A stretch of 64,000 bases of DNA from NCBI GenBank assembly GCA_024403695.1, contig JAKSRI010000006.1:5488-69487 (forward strand), read 5' to 3'. Made by a program: the position numbers and the translations under genes. The notes beneath the pieces were generated by a model, which saw only the letters and a list, made by a program, of their open reading frames with translations, had not been told where the DNA came from and made no database searches. This DNA comes from Saccharofermentans sp. GTDB lineage: Bacteria > Bacillota > Clostridia > Saccharofermentanales > Saccharofermentanaceae. Below are positions 9,509-19,241 of this stretch, piece after piece; the stretch's first letter is position 1; each line of letters starts with the position of its first letter.

Positions 9509-10627
9509 TTATTCGTCTTCTTGCGCCCAATTAAGGCGATTCATTACTCTGTAATAATCCTCAGAACCCCACTCATAAGGCTTTGGACAATAGTCATTTC
9601 CAGGTCTCTTAGAAGTCTGAGAATAAGGTATAACATTCAATCTGTAGTCTACACAATAAGTGTTTGTCTCGTCCATTATAAATTCACACTGAATTATTGC
9701 TGAATCAGGGTCGGATAATCCAGTATTACCACCAAAACAGAAGTTTGAAAGACTATAGAAAATGTATTTTCCATTATATTTCTCGATTGGCTGGAGTCTA
9801 TGTGGATGATGACCAACTACAATATCAGCACCATAATCAATAAGATCATGTGCAGTAATAACCTGATCGTCTCTTGGACTGTAATCTTTCTCGATTCCCC
9901 AGTGACATGAAACGATGATAATATTACATCCCTGTTCTTTAAGCTGATCAATTAAAGGATGAGCTGTAGCAGCAGTATCTCCATCGACCATATCGATACC
10001 ACACATACCAATCTTAACGCCTCTAACCTCATATGTAGCAACGCTATACTGGTTGCTCCACTTAATACCAACGGAATCCATGGCATTCTCAGTGTCAGTA
10101 AGTCCCTGCTCATAGTAATCAGCACTATGGTTGTTAGCGAGGTTAACCGCATCAATACCAGCAAATGTGAGCATCTGTGTATATTCCTGAGGTGCGCCAA
10201 AAACATACTCCTTTACTTTGTAAGAAGTCGCATTTGTTATTGTGCCCTCAAAATTAACAAGTGTCATATCATCATTATTAAATAATTCCGCACAATTTTT
10301 AAAACAGTAAGTGTAATCACCATTAACAACAGCATCGAAACCATCAGGTGATCCGTTCCAAGCTACTGCCTCTGCCAGAGTGCAGTCACCTGTAAAAGAA
10401 ACAAGAATATGCTGTGGTTCAGGTGTAGGCGTAGGAGTTGGTGAAGGAACAGTTTCCACGATAGTAATCTCAGGAAGTTCAATTTCCTGTTTGGATTCAG
10501 TAATAAGTAAAGATTCTGAGAACTTAGTCTCAGAACCATTTACAGGTGACTTGCTACAAGCTGCACATAAAAGTACAGCAAGCATACAAATCATAATTAA
10601 TATTCTTGTGAATCTATTAGAATTCAA
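9509..10627 (-). CDS. CapA/PGA_cap family metallophosphoesterase-like lipoprotein
   Basis: Lipobox AAC, PT linker, FTGD, VNFEG, ANNHSADY, SCHWG, GHHPH, YSLSNF. Confidence 0.88.
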   Translation of the reverse strand: MNSNRFTRILIMICMLAVLLCAACSKSPVNGSETKFSESLLITESKQEIELPEITIVETVPSPTPTPTPEPQHILVSFTGDCTLAEAVAWNGSPDGFDAVVNGDYTYCFKNCAELFNNDDMTLVNFEGTITNATSYKVKEYVFGAPQEYTQMLTFAGIDAVNLANNHSADYYEQGLTDTENAMDSVGIKWSNQYSVATYEVRGVKIGMCGIDMVDGDTAATAHPLIDQLKEQGCNIIIVSCHWGIEKDYSPRDDQVITAHDLIDYGADIVVGHHPHRLQPIEKYNGKYIFYSLSNFCFGGNTGLSDPDSAIIQCEFIMDETNTYCVDYRLNVIPYSQTSKRPGNDYCPKPYEWGSEDYYRVMNRLNWAQEDE

Positions 10628-10643
10628 TATTTAAATTCTCCAA

Positions 10644-11861
10644 TTAGTTATAGTATCCTTCAAAATCAGGTGAAAGCTCACGCAAAATCTGAGCTCTTGC
10701 ATAAAGTCCTGATGGGCTTATAAATACATCTGGCCAGTGACCTGCGAGCTTCTCTTCAATAGTAAGGAAGTTAGACATATAGAGCAAAGCATTAGATGAC
10801 TCAGCAGCTGCACCACCAATAGACCAGTTACACCAGCTAATCTGATTATCATAGAAGAAATCCATCCATGCATTTGACTCCTCGATACAAGGACCGCCAT
10901 TACCAGAATCGTATGTTGTACCCCACTCAGTACAGAAAATAGGAAGACCATTATCCATAGCAGCCTGAACTCTGTCTCTTGACTCCTGTCCAGATGATCC
11001 AGCGTAGAAATGGAATGTATACATGATATTCTCTTCGCCCTCGATAGGATTCATAGAAGCGATATCAACATCGTGGCTCCATGTGGATGTACCACAAATG
11101 ATTACGTTATCAGGATCCTTTGCTCTGATTACATCAATAAGCTCTTCGTTATAAGGCTTAATGCAGTTATCCCAGTTAACCTTGTCCCCAGGATTACAGA
11201 TACAATCACCATTAGGCTCATTGCATACTTCGTAAATGATGTTGTCATACTCACCATAAATCGCAGTATATCTCTGGAAGAAATCAATAGCCTCTGCCTT
11301 ATACATATTAGGATCACCATCAGCAAGGATGTGCCAGTCCATAATTACATAAACACCAGCATCGATACACATATCAGTAATTTGACAAGCCTGATTGTAG
11401 TACTTCTCAGGATTCTTGATATATCCGTCAGATGTACCTTGAGTGTACATAGCAATACGAATTACCTGACAGCCCCAGTCCTCTGTAAGAGTCTGAATAG
11501 TATCTACATTAAAGAAGTTAGTACACATATAAAGGCCATAAGTACTCATTCCTCTAAGCTGAACAGGCTCACCGGTAACAGAACTCATAAGATGAGTGCC
11601 TTCAACATAAAGCTTTCCATACTTATCAACGGCTCTGTCTGTAACTACGGCTGTACTATTAGGACCTACTACAATTTCAGTTGGTGTAGGAGCAGCTTCT
11701 GTAGTTTCTGTAACTGGCTCTGTTTCAACTACAGTTTCAACTGGAACTGAAGCAGTAGTTGCTGGAACAGTCTCATCAGAAAGCTTCTTAGAACAAGATG
11801 CAACTGATAATAAAATAGACATAGAAAGTATTAAGGAAAAAAGCTTCTTCTGAATGGCCAT
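10644..11861 (-). CDS. GH5 (subfamily 2-like) endoglucanase lipoprotein
   Basis: Lipobox VASC, Thr/Glu linker, QLRGMST, DWHIL, catalytic NEP (YEVCNEP) and nucleophile (IFCTEWG), HFYAG. No CBM or dockerin seen. Confidence 0.9.
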   Translation of the reverse strand: MAIQKKLFSLILSMSILLSVASCSKKLSDETVPATTASVPVETVVETEPVTETTEAAPTPTEIVVGPNSTAVVTDRAVDKYGKLYVEGTHLMSSVTGEPVQLRGMSTYGLYMCTNFFNVDTIQTLTEDWGCQVIRIAMYTQGTSDGYIKNPEKYYNQACQITDMCIDAGVYVIMDWHILADGDPNMYKAEAIDFFQRYTAIYGEYDNIIYEVCNEPNGDCICNPGDKVNWDNCIKPYNEELIDVIRAKDPDNVIICGTSTWSHDVDIASMNPIEGEENIMYTFHFYAGSSGQESRDRVQAAMDNGLPIFCTEWGTTYDSGNGGPCIEESNAWMDFFYDNQISWCNWSIGGAAAESSNALLYMSNFLTIEEKLAGHWPDVFISPSGLYARAQILRELSPDFEGYYN

Positions 11862-12043
11862 AAATTTACCTTCCTATTAAATAAAAATATAAATAAGTGT
11901 ATAATAAATAAAAAAATCAATCAACAAAAATAACCTTAAAATTCAATCTAATGGTTAATAATTACGTCATAATTTATTCACAAAAAAAGTTGACAGATAA
12001 ATTATAATATTATTAGAAATGGAATAGTTAAAGGAGTGATCGT

Positions 12044-12385
12044 ATGGCAAAGAGTGACGCTATTATCGCTAAGATTAATAAGCTTGCTAGTAAGGGAAAG
12101 TTAGATGGAATTAATAAGTATTCCGGTGAACCTGACGATGAAGTAAGAAAAGCAGTTGCAGTAGCATTTGGTCAGATTCCTGGATATGAGACAGGAATGG
12201 CACTTATTCCTCTTCTCAGAGATTCATCAGCATCCGTTAGAGCAGCAGCTGCTGAGTCTGCTGGTAAGATTAGAGCTAAGAATTGCGAGGAATATATTAA
12301 GAAACTTGCATTTGCTGATTCAGATCCTAATGTTCGAATAGTTGCTAAAGAAGCTTTCGATGTGCTTAAGGATCGAGTAGTTTAA
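12044..12385 (+). CDS. Small HEAT-repeat protein
   Basis: Repeats DDEVRKAVAVAFG / SASVRAAAAESAG / DPNVRIVAKEA; AAGGAG SD. Confidence 0.8.
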   Translation: MAKSDAIIAKINKLASKGKLDGINKYSGEPDDEVRKAVAVAFGQIPGYETGMALIPLLRDSSASVRAAAAESAGKIRAKNCEEYIKKLAFADSDPNVRIVAKEAFDVLKDRVV

Positions 12386-12407
12386 ACTTCATTAAATTGA
12401 GCAATCA

Positions 12408-12437
12408 AAAAGCTGTTTCAGAAATGAAACAGCTTTT
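12408..12437. terminator. Bidirectional terminator
   Basis: AAAAGCTGTTTCA-GAAA-TGAAACAGCTTTT 13-bp stem between convergent genes. Confidence 0.9.
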
Positions 12438-12460
12438 ATAATACTTAAATTCGTTAGCTA

Positions 12461-13120
12461 TCAAATCTTTGTAGCTACTTCTCCCTGCTTCTTATAGATA
12501 GAATTAGCAGGAACATAACCTCTAATCATTGAAAGTGGATAGATCTGACTATTACGTCCGATTACAGAAGCTGGATTAAGAACTGAACCACATCCTACCT
12601 CTACATAATCTCCGATAATTGCACCAAACTTCTTAAGTCCAGTCTCGAGCTTACCGCCATCATATCTAACTGCAGTAAGAGTCTTATCAGACTTAACATT
12701 AGAAGTAATGGAACCAGCACCCATATGGGACTTAAATCCAAGAACAGAATCGCCAACATAGTTATAATGTGGAACCTGAACATTATCAAAAATAATTACA
12801 TTCTTAAGCTCTGTAGAGTTACCAACTACCGCATTATCTCCAACAATGATCTTTCCTCTTAAGAAAGCACAGTGTCTAACCTCTGTCTTATGTCCGATAA
12901 TACATGGACCAGTAATATATGCAGAGTCAAATACCTTTGCATCCTTAGCAATCCAGATATCTTCGCCTCTTTTCTCATATTCATCTTCAGGCAAAGTAGG
13001 ACCAACCTTAAGAATAAAGTCTCCAATATCTGGAAGAACTTCCCATGGATACTGCTTTCCTTCGAACAAAGGAGCAGCAATTGTATGGCTCAAATCAAGA
13101 ATCTCATTAATATCGAACAT
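12461..13120 (-). CDS. Stand-alone left-handed beta-helix acetyltransferase, resembling the GlmU C-terminal (GlcN-1-P acetyltransferase) domain
   Basis: YPWEVL linker helix, hexapeptide repeats, HYNYVGDSVLG, KFGAIIGD. No nucleotidyltransferase domain. Downstream of glmS. Confidence 0.75.
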   Translation of the reverse strand: MFDINEILDLSHTIAAPLFEGKQYPWEVLPDIGDFILKVGPTLPEDEYEKRGEDIWIAKDAKVFDSAYITGPCIIGHKTEVRHCAFLRGKIIVGDNAVVGNSTELKNVIIFDNVQVPHYNYVGDSVLGFKSHMGAGSITSNVKSDKTLTAVRYDGGKLETGLKKFGAIIGDYVEVGCGSVLNPASVIGRNSQIYPLSMIRGYVPANSIYKKQGEVATKI

Positions 13121-13143
13121 AATATAACCAACCTTATAAATAA

Positions 13144-15003
13144 TTACTCTACTGTAACACTCTTAGCAAGATTACGTGGTTTATCAACATCACAGCCCTT
13201 ATTGACTGCCATATAGTAAGCAAATAACTGACATGGTAATGCAGCCAGTATTGGTGAAAGCATTTCGTCACAATCTGGGATAACAAACTTGACGTCACAG
13301 GAGAGATCTACACCAGAAACCCTCTCAGGAACGATAGCAAGCACTGTTGCTCCACGTGTAGCAACTTCCTTAATGTTACTCTCCATCTTACCCACAAGTG
13401 CATCCTGAGTGATAGGACTAACTACTAGAGTACCCTCCTCGATAAGTGCGATAGTTCCGTGCTTTAACTCACCACCAGCATAAGCCTCAGAGTGAATGTA
13501 CGAAATCTCTTTAAGCTTGAGTGAAGCCTCCATGGAGAGATAATAATCAAGACCTCTACCAATAAAGAAAATACTTTCACAATTAAACTCCTTAGAAGCA
13601 AATTTCTGAATCTCATTCTGCTTCTCAAGAATTGTAGTTAATTTCTCAGGAATAGCGAGAAGCTCCTGCTGATAGAATGCATACTTCTCATCATCAAGCT
13701 TGCCCATAGTATGAGCGAATTTCAACGCGATAAGATACAAACAGCCAAGCTGTGTGGTATATGCTTTTGTAGAAGCAACAGAAATCTCAGGACCTGCTGC
13801 TGTATACAGAACATAATCTGCTTCTCTGGCGATAGTACTTCCAATAACATTTACAATAGCAAGTGTCTTTGATCCTCGAGCCTGTGCCTCGCGCATTGCC
13901 TGACGAGTATCAAGAGTCTCACCTGACTGTGAAATAACAATAGTTAATGTCTTATCATCAATTATAGGATCGCTATAACAGAACTCAGAAGCAACACCAC
14001 ATACAACTGGGATACGGCAAAGTTTCTCAATAAGATACTTACCAACACAACCAGCATGATATGCAGTACCACATGCGATGATATTAATCTTGTTAATAGA
14101 ATCCATATATGCCTTATCTACAGGGAAATGCTCGAGATAAATCTCATTATCCTTGATTCTTGGACGAATTGTAGCATCAAAAACCTTAGGCTCTTCGTAC
14201 ATTTCCTTCATCATGAAGTGAGCGTAACCGCCCTTCTGAGCTGAGTCTGTATCCCACTCAACCTTAGAAACCTCATAATCAATAGGATCTCCAAGTGGAT
14301 CAAAAATCTCGATAGAATCCTTAGTCATAACAAGGAGACAATCATCATCCATAAATACAACATCACGTGTGTACTCGATAAGTGCAGGAATATCAGAAGC
14401 AATAAAGTTCTCTCCTTCACCTACTCCGATAACAATAGGATTATCCTTCTTTGCACAAATAAGCTTATCTGGCTCATCAACACAAAGAATACCGAGAGCA
14501 TAAGAGCCAACGATATCGCCAAGAGCTTCTCTTACTGAACCAATAAGATTAGTAAAACCATTCTTCTTGTAATAGTAATCAATAAGCTGAGCAGCAACCT
14601 CTGTGTCAGTATCAGAATTAAACTTATAACCACGCTTAATAAGGAACTTTCTAAGTTCTACATAGTTCTCGATAATTCCATTGTGAACAACACAAATCTT
14701 CTCGTTCATAGAAAGATGTGGATGAGAATTCTCATCACTTGGAGCACCATGAGTTGCCCATCTAGTATGACCGATACCAGCGCTAATTGCATTTGAAGAA
14801 TCTTCGTCAAGAGAATATCCCTCCTGGGAAACTGCCTTACGAAGTTCCTCTACCTTACCCTTACGCTTAATAAGGTGATACTCATTATCCTTAATAAATG
14901 AAACACCTGCTGAGTCATATCCTCTATACTCGAGACACTCAAGACCCTTAATCAACACAGACAAAGTGTTACGAGCACCGATATATCCTACAATACCGCA
15001 CAT
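13144..15003 (-). CDS. glmS: Glutamine-fructose-6-phosphate aminotransferase
   Basis: MCGIVG, GHTRWATHG, HNGIIEN, SQSGET, VASTKAYT, ELKHG, PRNLAKSVTVE. Confidence 0.99.
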   Translation of the reverse strand: MCGIVGYIGARNTLSVLIKGLECLEYRGYDSAGVSFIKDNEYHLIKRKGKVEELRKAVSQEGYSLDEDSSNAISAGIGHTRWATHGAPSDENSHPHLSMNEKICVVHNGIIENYVELRKFLIKRGYKFNSDTDTEVAAQLIDYYYKKNGFTNLIGSVREALGDIVGSYALGILCVDEPDKLICAKKDNPIVIGVGEGENFIASDIPALIEYTRDVVFMDDDCLLVMTKDSIEIFDPLGDPIDYEVSKVEWDTDSAQKGGYAHFMMKEMYEEPKVFDATIRPRIKDNEIYLEHFPVDKAYMDSINKINIIACGTAYHAGCVGKYLIEKLCRIPVVCGVASEFCYSDPIIDDKTLTIVISQSGETLDTRQAMREAQARGSKTLAIVNVIGSTIAREADYVLYTAAGPEISVASTKAYTTQLGCLYLIALKFAHTMGKLDDEKYAFYQQELLAIPEKLTTILEKQNEIQKFASKEFNCESIFFIGRGLDYYLSMEASLKLKEISYIHSEAYAGGELKHGTIALIEEGTLVVSPITQDALVGKMESNIKEVATRGATVLAIVPERVSGVDLSCDVKFVIPDCDEMLSPILAALPCQLFAYYMAVNKGCDVDKPRNLAKSVTVE

Positions 15004-15012
15004 AAATACTCC

Positions 15013-16449
15013 TTAATAAACAGTTACTGAAATATTCTCAGGTACCTGTTGTTCAACTCTAAAATATGTATTTTTATCAGATGGAGACACTGTAATATCA
15101 ACTACAACTACACCAGACTTCCAAGAAGCAGAATCAGAGTAATCAAGCTCTGCCTTAATATCGCTGGATGTAAGCGAGTTAATAGTTGACTGACGTCCCT
15201 TTACTTCAACCTGAACCTGCTTAATTGGATAAGAAATCTCTACGTCAGATGGAGCATTATCCAAAGAAATAGGAACTACAAAACTCTTAGTTACTACTGG
15301 ATTATTATTAACCTGAATATACATCCACAGACCAAGAGAAAGTGTAAAAGACAAAATAATAAGACCAATCTTGGCACCGATAGTTGCTCTACCGAATCTG
15401 CCCTCTTCATTAGCAGCCTTTGTCTTAATATGCATATCAGTAGAAAGCTCTCCAAAAGACTCTGTTATTGTAACGTTCTTCTTTTCTTCCTTAGCCTCAG
15501 TCTTTTTACTATTAGGCTTCTTGCTACTCTTCTTAGAAGAAAGCTTAGAAATAAACTTTGCAAAACCGTTAGTCTTTACTTCCTTGCCAGAAAGACCAAG
15601 CAAATAAGAAAGGTTAGCCTCTAACTCATTGCTATCCTTCATCTCATATAGGCGTCCATTAACAGCAATTGAAACCTTACCTCTCTCCTCTGATACAGCA
15701 ACAGCAATAGTGTCACCCATCTCAGATGCACCAACAGCGGCTCTATGTCTAGTTCCAGAACGCTCTAGGTTATGCATTGTAACAGAGAGTGGTACATGGC
15801 ATCTAGCAGCTATAATTCTTCCATCTCTTATAAGAAGTCCACCATCATGCATTGGTGATCCCTTATAAAAAATAGACTGAATAACAGAATTAGTTACAGT
15901 TGAATCAAACTTTACAACATTTTCCTGAGTCAAAAGCTCATCAAGTTTTGTAGCTCTCTCTATAAGGATAAGTGCTCCAGTATAAGTGGAAGCCATCTCC
16001 TTACATGCCAGCGTAATCTGATGAACAAAAGATACTGCCTGCACATTCTCATCTACATCACTAGACTTCAATATATTCTTAAGAGATCCAAATGACTTAA
16101 GACCAACAGTTTCAAGTGCTCTTCTGAGCTCAGGCTGGAAAATAACTACAAAAGCAAATGCTAATACATAAAGCAATTTACTGAAAATAAAGCCGACCAT
16201 GTCCAGCTGGAAAAGTCCACAAACAATAACAAATAACAGGATAAGAACAATTCCCTTAATAAGCTGCCAAGCTCTACTCTGTCTGATAAACAAGAGAATC
16301 CAGTAAAAAAGGAAAGTTACAAGAATAATATCAATGGCATACTTAAACAGGTCTGCCTTACTTCCGAAGAAAAGGTAACCTGATTTAAAGCTGTTAAACA
16401 ACTCTACAATAAAATCTATAATTCTTGTGATATAACTCTCATCTGCCAT
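15013..16449 (-). CDS. cdaA: Diadenylate cyclase CdaA fused to a C-terminal TM + YbbR (CdaR-like) domain
   Basis: Three N-terminal TMs, VIFQPELRRALE, MHDGG, GTRHRAA and AVSEERG; then a Lys-rich linker, a TM helix and an approx. 90-aa YbbR-like beta domain, all in one frame. Confidence 0.88.
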   Translation of the reverse strand: MADESYITRIIDFIVELFNSFKSGYLFFGSKADLFKYAIDIILVTFLFYWILLFIRQSRAWQLIKGIVLILLFVIVCGLFQLDMVGFIFSKLLYVLAFAFVVIFQPELRRALETVGLKSFGSLKNILKSSDVDENVQAVSFVHQITLACKEMASTYTGALILIERATKLDELLTQENVVKFDSTVTNSVIQSIFYKGSPMHDGGLLIRDGRIIAARCHVPLSVTMHNLERSGTRHRAAVGASEMGDTIAVAVSEERGKVSIAVNGRLYEMKDSNELEANLSYLLGLSGKEVKTNGFAKFISKLSSKKSSKKPNSKKTEAKEEKKNVTITESFGELSTDMHIKTKAANEEGRFGRATIGAKIGLIILSFTLSLGLWMYIQVNNNPVVTKSFVVPISLDNAPSDVEISYPIKQVQVEVKGRQSTINSLTSSDIKAELDYSDSASWKSGVVVVDITVSPSDKNTYFRVEQQVPENISVTVY

Positions 16450-16456
16450 AAATTTA

Positions 16457-16465
16457 ATTATACCA
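16457..16465 (-). promoter_or_regulatory. Extended -10 box 7 nt upstream of the cdaA ATG (leaderless-type)
   Basis: TGGTATAAT-TAAATTT-ATG; no SD. Confidence 0.6.
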
Positions 16466-16470
16466 TAACA

Positions 16471-17379
16471 TTATTTAATACATAGTCTTGCAAGAGGATT
16501 ATCAACTGCAGCCTTTTGTATTATTTCTTCATTAATTCCATATTCTCTAAGTCTTTGAACTTCCTGAGCCATATAAGTTACAGATCCAGCAAGACCACCA
16601 TGAGGACCATAATATGTTCTGCCATTTCTAACTTCAACGTCAGCATCAGCAAGTTTATAGATACCATCAGGCATACCTGCACCTCTCATTGAATCAGAAA
16701 CAATAATAAGTCGGTCTTCTCTGATAATTTTAAAAAGCATTCTGAGGAATGGTGGTGCAAGATGAATACCATCACAAATCACCTCGCAGTAAACGTCAGG
16801 ATTATCAACAAGCGCACCTAAAACACCAGGATTACGTTTCTCACAAGAAGACATGGCGTTCATAACATGTGTTACGCTTTTGGCCCCCTTCTCGAAAGCA
16901 AGACAAGCAGTGTTATAATCACAAGCCGTGTGCGCAAGGGATATCATGTAACGAGATGAGTATTCCTTAATAAATTCCATGCTACCAGGAAGTTCCGGTG
17001 CGATATCAATAATCTTCAAAAGTCCTGGAAAGTCTTTTTCCAAGGAATTTATCATGTCATAACCATCACGTGGATTAAGACAGTAATCCTTATTTTGAAC
17101 CCCAGCATAAACTGGGCTAAGAAATGGACCCTCTAGATGAATTCCTAGAATATCCGCGTGAGGATCCCCCATTTTCTCTAACTGAGATTTGGCTTCATAA
17201 ACTGCACTAAATGCTTTATATACAACATCATAAGAAGTAGTCATGGTAGTTGGACAAAAACCAGCAACACCAAGAGATGGCAAATTAGTTGCCATCTTTA
17301 AAATGCCATCTGCGCTACCATCACAGGTATCTTCACCAAAAGCGCCATGTATATGTGTATCTATATATCCATTTAACAT
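16471..17379 (-). CDS. nagA: N-acetylglucosamine-6-phosphate deacetylase (short, barrel only)
   Basis: IDTHIHG, PTTMT, GIHLEGPF, LAHT, THVMNAM, DGIHL, VSDSM, LAGS. Confidence 0.9.
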   Translation of the reverse strand: MLNGYIDTHIHGAFGEDTCDGSADGILKMATNLPSLGVAGFCPTTMTTSYDVVYKAFSAVYEAKSQLEKMGDPHADILGIHLEGPFLSPVYAGVQNKDYCLNPRDGYDMINSLEKDFPGLLKIIDIAPELPGSMEFIKEYSSRYMISLAHTACDYNTACLAFEKGAKSVTHVMNAMSSCEKRNPGVLGALVDNPDVYCEVICDGIHLAPPFLRMLFKIIREDRLIIVSDSMRGAGMPDGIYKLADADVEVRNGRTYYGPHGGLAGSVTYMAQEVQRLREYGINEEIIQKAAVDNPLARLCIK

Positions 17380-17385
17380 ACTTTA

Positions 17386-17394
17386 ATTATAACA
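17386..17394 (-). promoter_or_regulatory. Extended -10 box 6 nt upstream of the nagA ATG (leaderless-type)
   Basis: TGTTATAAT-TAAAGT-ATG; no SD. Confidence 0.6.
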
Positions 17395-17427
17395 AAAACC
17401 GCCTCATCCCAAAGGGATGAAGCGGTT
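17394..17427 (-). terminator. Terminator after pckA
   Basis: Minus strand AACCGCTTCATCCC-TTT-GGGATGAGGCGGTT-TTT. Confidence 0.85.
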
Positions 17428-17464
17428 AATTTTAAGTGAATTTATCTAATTCTAAGAATTAGGA

Positions 17465-19078
17465 TTAGAGCTGAGGACCAGCAGCTACGAGAGCCTTACC
17501 AGCATCGTTTGTAGCGTACTTAGCGAAGTTCTTCTGGAATCTCTCAGCAAGATCCTTAGCCTTAACTTCCCACTCAGAAGCATCAGCATATGTATCACGT
17601 GGATCAAGGATAGCTGGGTTTACGTTTGGAAGAGATGTAGGAACCTCGAAGTCGAACATAGGAATCTTCTTTGTCTCAGCCTTGAGGATAGAACCATCAA
17701 GGATAGCATCGATAATTCCACGTGTATCAGGGATAGAAATTCTCTTACCTGTTCCGTTCCAACCTGTGTTTACGAGGAATGCCTTAGCGCCATTAGCCTC
17801 CATCTTCTTAACGAGCTCCTCACCGTACTTTGTTGGGTGAAGCTCAAGGAATGCCTGACCGAAGCAAGCAGAGAATGTTGGAGTAGGCTCTGTGATTCCA
17901 CGCTCTGTACCAGCAAGCTTAGCTGTGAATCCAGAGAGGAAGTAGTACTGTGTCTGCTCTGGTGTAAGGATAGATACTGGAGGAAGCACTCCGAAAGCAT
18001 CAGCAGAAAGGAAGATTACGTTATCAGCTGCAGGACCTGCAGAAACACCGTTAACCTCAGCTGCGATGTTGTTGATGTGAGAGATTGGGTAAGAAACACG
18101 TGTGTTCTCTGTTACAGACTTATCGTCGAAGTCAATCTTTCCATCATCAGCTACTGTTACGTTCTCGAGGAGAGCGTTTCTCTTAATAGCGTTGTAAATG
18201 TCTGGCTCGTTCTCCTTAGAAAGACCGATAACCTTAGCATAGCAACCACCCTCGAAGTTGAATACACCGTTGTCATCCCAACCGTGCTCGTCATCACCGA
18301 TGAGTCTTCTCTTTGGATCTGTAGAGAGAGTTGTCTTACCTGTACCAGAAAGACCAAAGAAGATTGCTGTGTGCTTACCATCCATATCGCAGTTAGCGGA
18401 ACAGTGCATGGAAGCCATACCCTTAAGTGGGAGGTAGTAGTTCATCATAGAGAACATACCCTTCTTCATCTCTCCGCCGTACCATGTGTTAATGATAACC
18501 TGCTCACGGGATGTAACGTTGAATGCTACGCATGTCTCAGAATTGAGGCCGAGCTCAGCATAGTTTGTAACCTTTGCCTTAGAAGCATTGTATACGATGA
18601 AGTCTGGCTCAAAGTTCTCGAGCTCCTCAGCTGTAGGAACGATGAACATGTTCTTTACGAAGTGAGCCTGCCAAGCAACCTCAACGATGAAACGAACTGC
18701 CATTCTTGTATCAGCATTAGCACCGCAGAAAGCATCAACTACGAAAAGTCTCTTGTTGGAGAGCTCGCTCTTAGCGATATCCTTAACTGTAGCCCATGTC
18801 TCTTCTGTCATTGGGTGGTTATCGTTCTTATAAGCATCAGATGTCCACCATACTGTATCTCTGGATGTATCATCCATAACGATGTACTTATCTTTAGGAG
18901 AACGTCCTGTGTAAATACCTGTCATAACGTTAACTGTATCGAGCTCTGTGTTCTTACCAACCTCATAGCCCTCGAGACCAGCCTTTGTCTCCTCTTCGAA
19001 AAGCAACTCGTAAGAAGGATTGTAAACGATCTCAGTTGTTCCTGTAATTCCGTACTTTGTCAAATCAATGTTTGCCAT
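17465..19078 (-). CDS. pckA: Phosphoenolpyruvate carboxykinase (ATP)
   Basis: [56 protein letters not shown]. Confidence 0.99.
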   Translation of the reverse strand: MANIDLTKYGITGTTEIVYNPSYELLFEEETKAGLEGYEVGKNTELDTVNVMTGIYTGRSPKDKYIVMDDTSRDTVWWTSDAYKNDNHPMTEETWATVKDIAKSELSNKRLFVVDAFCGANADTRMAVRFIVEVAWQAHFVKNMFIVPTAEELENFEPDFIVYNASKAKVTNYAELGLNSETCVAFNVTSREQVIINTWYGGEMKKGMFSMMNYYLPLKGMASMHCSANCDMDGKHTAIFFGLSGTGKTTLSTDPKRRLIGDDEHGWDDNGVFNFEGGCYAKVIGLSKENEPDIYNAIKRNALLENVTVADDGKIDFDDKSVTENTRVSYPISHINNIAAEVNGVSAGPAADNVIFLSADAFGVLPPVSILTPEQTQYYFLSGFTAKLAGTERGITEPTPTFSACFGQAFLELHPTKYGEELVKKMEANGAKAFLVNTGWNGTGKRISIPDTRGIIDAILDGSILKAETKKIPMFDFEVPTSLPNVNPAILDPRDTYADASEWEVKAKDLAERFQKNFAKYATNDAGKALVAAGPQL

Positions 19079-19132
19079 TTGTAGAACCTCGTTTCTTCTT
19101 ATTTAAGGGTAAACCTTATTTTTACGAGATAT

Positions 19133-19161
19133 ACTATACCGAAATACAATTAAAAAATCAA
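19133..19161 (-). promoter_or_regulatory. Probable sigmaA promoter of pckA
   Basis: TTGATT-17nt-TATAGT on the minus strand. Confidence 0.6.
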
Positions 19162-19241
19162 TCTTATCGACCGGTTAATGCTGTATATATATAGTATTAT
19201 TTACCTTTAATTTACTTGGCAAAATTTTTTCAAAAAAACTG

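Noticed and set aside
9495-9530. Purine or ZTP riboswitch ahead of purE
   Set aside because: Only 14 bp separate capA from purE, leaving no room, and no aptamer motifs were seen.
11990-12018. TTGACA upstream of the HEAT gene
   Set aside because: No good -10 at 16-18 nt spacing, so it was not called as a promoter.
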